Source: Macrostomum hystrix (taxonomy: Eukaryota > Animalia > Platyhelminthes). From it: DNA of 64,000 nucleotides. The notes below the pieces were generated by a model. It was not told the DNA's origin. It worked only from the letters and a program-made list of their open reading frames with translations, and ran no database searches. The position numbers were made by a program, and so were the translations under genes. Of this stretch, positions 61,501 to 64,000 are shown piece after piece (position 1 is the first letter of the stretch; every line of letters starts with the position of its first letter). The stretch spans positions 9,238,001-9,302,000 of the forward strand of contig CATNEN010000001.1 of assembly GCA_950097015.1 (NCBI GenBank), given 5' to 3'.

Positions 61501-63650
61501 GCATTTGAAATCGCATCCTTAATTAGTGTGACGCATTTGAAATCTCATCCTTAATTAGTGTGACGCATTTGAAATCTCATCCTTAATTAGTGTGACGCAC
61601 TTGAAATCTCATCCTTAATTAGTGTGACGCATTTTAAATCTCATCCTTAATTAGTGTGACGCACTTGAAATCTCATCCTTAATTAGTGTGACGCATTTGA
61701 AATCTCATCCTTAATTAGTGTGACGCATTTGAAATCTCATCCTTAATTAGTGTGACGCATTTGAAATCTCATCCTTAATTAGTGTGACGCATTTGAAATC
61801 TCATCCTTAATTAGTGTGACGCATTTTAAATCTCATCCTTAATTAGTGTGACGCATTTGAAATCGCATCCTTAATTCGTGTGACGCATTTGAAATCGCAT
61901 CCTTAATTAGTGTGACGCACTTGAAATCTCATCCTTAATTAGTGTGACGCATTTGAAATCTCATCCTTAATTAGTGTGACGCATTTGAAATCTCATCCTT
62001 AATTGGTGTGACGCATTTGAAATCGCATCCTTAATTAGTGTGACGCATTTGAAATCGCATCCTTAATTAGTTAGGCGCACTTGAAATCTCATCCTTAATT
62101 AGTGTGACGCACTTGAAATCTCATCCTTAATTAGTGTGACGCACTTGAAATCTCATCCTTAATTAGTGTGACGCACTTGAAATCTCATCCTTAATTAGTG
62201 TGACGCACTTGAAATCTCATCCTTAATTAGTGTGACGCACTTGAAATCTCATCCTTAATTAGTGTGGCGCATTTGAAATCTCATCCTTAATTAGTGTGAC
62301 GCATTTGAAATCTCATCCTTAATTAGTGTGACGCATTTGAAATCGCATCCTTAATTAGTGTGACGCACTTGAAATCTCATCCTTAATTAGTGTGGCGCAT
62401 TTGAAATCTCATCCTTAATTAGTGTGACGCATTTTAAATCTCATCCTTAATTAGTGTGACGCATTTTAAATCTCATCCTTAATTAGTGTGACGCATTTGA
62501 AATCTCATCCTTAATTAGTGTGGCGCATTTGAAATCTCATCCTTAATTAGTGTGACGCATTTGAAATCTCATCCTTAATTAGTGTGACGCATTTGAAATC
62601 TCATCCTTAATTAGTGTGACGCATTTGAAATCTCATCCTTAATTAGTGTGACGCATTTGAAATCTCATCCTTAATTAGTGTGACGCATTTGAAATCTCAT
62701 CCTTAATTAGTGTGACGCATTTGAAATCTCATCCTTAATTAGTGTGACGCATTTGAAATCTCATCCTTAATTAGTGTGACGCATTTGAAATCTCATCCTT
62801 AATTAGTGTGACGCATTTGAAATCTCATCCTTAATTAGTGTGGCGCACTTGAAATCTCATCCTTAATTAGTGTGACGCATTTGAAATCTCATCCTTAATT
62901 AGTGTGACGCATTTGAAATCGCATCCTTAATTAGTGTGACGCATTTGAAATCTCATCCTTAATTAGTGTGGCGCACTTGAAATCTCATCCTTAATTAGTG
63001 TGACGCATTTGAAATCTCGTCCTTAATTAGTTTGTCGCATTTGAAATCTCATCCTTAATTAGTGTGGCGCACTTGAAATCTCATCCTTAATTAGTTAGGC
63101 GCACTTGAAATCTCATCCTTAATTAGTGTGGCACACTTAAAATCTCATCCTTAATTAGTTAGGCGCACTTGAAATCTCATCCTTAATTAGTGTGACGCAT
63201 TTTAAATCTCATCCTTAATTAGTTAGGCGCACTTGAAATCTCATCCTTAATTAGTGTGGCACACTTGAAATCTCATCCTTAATTAGTTAGGCGCACTTGA
63301 AATCTCATCCTTAATTAGTGTGGCACACTTGAAATCTCATCCTTAATTAGTTAGGCGCATTTGAAATCTCATCCTTAATTAGTGTGACGCATTTGAAATC
63401 TCATCCTTAATTAGTGTGACGCATTTGAAATCTCATCCTTAATTAGTGTGACGCATTTGAAATCTCATCCTTAATTGGTGTGACGCACTTGAAATCTCAT
63501 CCTTAATTAGTGTGACGCACTTGAAATCTCATCCTTAATTAGTGTGACGCATTTGAAATCTCATCCTTAATTAGTGTGACGCATTTGAAATCTCATCCCT
63601 AATTAGTGTGACGCACTTGAAATCGCATCCTTAATTAGTGTGGCGCATTT
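55557..63650. repeat. 32-bp satellite (CATCCTTAATTAGTGTGACGCATTTGAAATCT), about 250 copies, about 8.1 kb
   Basis: Long homogeneous tandem array with clustered variants. Confidence 0.98.
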
Positions 63651-64000
63651 GTTAAATAATAATTAATATGTACTTAATTTGTTAGTGAGGCGTTTGTAAA
63701 ATTAACTTCCCTGTTATTCTCGCACATCTCAGTTTTCCTATGGAAAAACGTTGCTTTTCTATCAGTGTTACTCACACTAGTAGCATATAACGAATGCGAA
63801 TTGATGAATTCATTAGAAATGTCGCCATTATAATGTAACATTTACGCGCTGAACTAGATTCTCATTGATAATTGCTATTTTAAGAATAAAGGATCATAAG
63901 TGTGTCGAAATCACTTCATGCAGTCTTATATAAGCCGCTAATTTCAACATCTACCCTGAGTGATGTTGAACTTGAACTGGACATTCAAAACAGACTGCTG

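Noticed and set aside
5283-63650. CRISPR arrays
   Set aside because: All arrays are head-to-tail units without unique spacers, there are no cas genes, and the context is eukaryotic.

Overview
Eukaryotic (invertebrate animal) genomic DNA with GT-AG spliced genes. The minisatellite-filled introns and gene content suggest a free-living flatworm such as Macrostomum, but this is inference. About a third of the window is tandem repeat (units of 23-43 bp). Host genes reconstructed by hand: a 4-exon opine (octopine/tauropine-type) dehydrogenase, STI1/HOP with a perfect heat-shock element upstream of a probable non-coding first exon, three tandem minimal astacin metalloproteases, and a split gene at about 49.9-55.1 kb that the ORF track only shows in fragments. 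That last gene encodes a highly divergent Rel-homology-domain protein mixing NF-kB-like and NFAT-like motifs and ending just after a KRRK NLS. Mobile DNA includes two Tc1/IS630-type transposons (DD32E broken, DD33E intact), a tRNA-derived SINE family (about 7 copies or fragments), an RTE-like LINE, Ty3/gypsy gag-pro and integrase fragments, and MITEs. There is also a virus-like intronless cassette: gB-like envelope C-terminus, small ORF, tandem-RING protein and an LTR-like promoter. The two best candidates for new biology are the Rel/NFAT-like gene and the env-RING cassette.
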